Positions 62,670-64,000 of a stretch of DNA of 64,000 nt are shown here, one piece after another (the stretch's first letter is position 1; each line of letters opens with the position of its first letter). Location: NCBI RefSeq assembly GCF_045130115.1, contig NZ_JBGUPC010000036.1, positions 12,180 through 76,179 of the forward strand. The letters are read 5' to 3'. Under the pieces are notes generated by a model. It did no database searches and was not told where the DNA came from. It worked only from the letters and a program-made list of their open reading frames with translations. The translations under genes were made by a program, and so were the position numbers. Source of the DNA: Methanobrevibacter sp. (GTDB lineage: Archaea > Methanobacteriota > Methanobacteria > Methanobacteriales > Methanobacteriaceae).

Positions 62670-63850
62670 GTAGAGGACGATATGGCGAATATGGTGGCCA
62701 ATACATATCTGAAACATTAATGAATGAATTGCTTTACCTGGAAGAGCAGTACAATCATTATATGAATGACCCGGATTTTGTTGAAGAGCTCAATACATTG
62801 TTGAAGGAATATGCAGGAAGACCATCTTTATTATATTATGCTAAAAGAATGACAGAGGATCTTGGCGGCGCCAAAATCTATTTGAAACGTGAGGATTTGA
62901 ACCATACCGGAGCCCACAAGATAAACAACGTCTTAGGTCAGGTATTGCTCGCTAAAAAAATGGGAAAAACAAGAGTAATCGCTGAAACAGGTGCAGGCCA
63001 GCACGGTGTGGCAACAGCAACAGCGGCTGCATTGCTTGACATGGAATGCGAAGTGTTCATGGGTGAAGTTGATACAAGAAGACAAGCTTTAAATGTTTAT
63101 AGGATGGAACTCTTGGGAGCTAAGGTCCATTCGGTCAAATCAGGAACACAGACCTTAAAGGATGCTGTTAACGATGCATTCAGAGATTGGATTGCAAGAG
63201 TTCATGATACAAATTATGTAATAGGTTCTACAATGGGGCCACATCCGTTCCCGATGATAGTCCGTGATTTCCAGGCTGTCATCAGTGCTGAAGCCAAAGA
63301 GCAATTCATGGAAAAGGAAGAAAAGCTTCCTGATGCAGTTATTGCATGTGTCGGTGGTGGAAGCAATGCAATGGGAGCGTTCTATAATTTCATTGAAGAT
63401 GAAGATGTTAAATTGATTGGCTGTGAAGCTGGAGGAAAAGGAATAGACACACCATATAATGCGGCTGCACTTACAAACGGTAAAATTGGAATATTCCATG
63501 GAATGAAATCAATATTCAATCAGGGGGATTACGGTCAGATTGCACCGGTATATTCAGTCTCAGCAGGTCTTGATTATCCTGGCGTAGGTCCTGAACATGC
63601 ATATTTGAGGGATACTGGTAGAGCGGAATATGTTCCAATAACTGATGAAGAGGCAGTAGAGGCATTCGAATACTTATCAAAAATGGAAGGGATAATTCCA
63701 GCCATCGAAAGTGCGCATGCAGTAGCATATGCCATGAAGATAGCTCCTGAAATGGATAAGGATGAAACAATAATGATTTGCCTGTCCGGTAGAGGGGATA
63801 AGGATGTCAGATCAATTGCAGAATACAGAGGAGTTGATTTAAATGAGTAA
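62666..63850 (+). CDS. trpB: Tryptophan synthase beta subunit (TrpB1)
   Basis: [53 protein letters not shown] start. Confidence 0.98.
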   Translation: MSRGRYGEYGGQYISETLMNELLYLEEQYNHYMNDPDFVEELNTLLKEYAGRPSLLYYAKRMTEDLGGAKIYLKREDLNHTGAHKINNVLGQVLLAKKMGKTRVIAETGAGQHGVATATAAALLDMECEVFMGEVDTRRQALNVYRMELLGAKVHSVKSGTQTLKDAVNDAFRDWIARVHDTNYVIGSTMGPHPFPMIVRDFQAVISAEAKEQFMEKEEKLPDAVIACVGGGSNAMGAFYNFIEDEDVKLIGCEAGGKGIDTPYNAAALTNGKIGIFHGMKSIFNQGDYGQIAPVYSVSAGLDYPGVGPEHAYLRDTGRAEYVPITDEEAVEAFEYLSKMEGIIPAIESAHAVAYAMKIAPEMDKDETIMICLSGRGDKDVRSIAEYRGVDLNE

Positions 63851-64000
63851 GATATCCAATGCATTTGAAAACGGAACCGCTTTCATCGGATTTTTGACTG
63901 CAGGAGACCCTACAATAGATAAAACAGTCGAATATATCCTGGCAATGGAAGAGGCTGGATGCGATTTGGTTGAGATAGGCATTCCATTTTCAGATCCTAT
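63843..64000 (+). CDS. trpA: Tryptophan synthase alpha subunit (5' part, runs off window)
   Basis: [23 protein letters not shown]...EIGIPFSDP. Confidence 0.95.
   Translation, partial: MSKISNAFENGTAFIGFLTAGDPTIDKTVEYILAMEEAGCDLVEIGIPFSDP

Overview
AT-rich archaeal chromosome segment, very probably Methanobrevibacter (Methanobacteriales): GGTGA/GGAGG Shine-Dalgarno sites, TATA promoters, archaeal RFC, Hef, CfbD and adhesin-like proteins. The backbone is housekeeping: hef, PIN-ATPase, hisI, hisS, aroE, rfcL/S, htpX, trmI, leuS, nadE, arsA, cbiE, ychF, cfbD, hisH, tRNA-Arg(GCG), truD, copA, purB and trpEGDCFBA, with trpA running off the end. Accessory content includes two large adhesin-like genes, a Zn-macrodomain/SirTM ADP-ribosylation pair divergent from an HxlR regulator, a DUF389 pseudogene cut next to an IS200/IS605 right-end remnant, an AAA_14/DUF4143 ATPase and a SLATT-like membrane protein. 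The most unexplained structure is the ~700 bp hisS-aroE gap. It holds two overlapping small ORFs whose strong SD sites are locked in fold-back hairpins (one encodes a 26-aa hydrophobic peptide), plus a possible convergent antisense RNA, resembling a type I toxin-antitoxin layout. nadE, and possibly the macrodomain gene, appear to start at ATT. No CRISPR array, rRNA, integrase, transposase or reverse transcriptase was seen. All family assignments are from motif recognition by eye; no searches were run.
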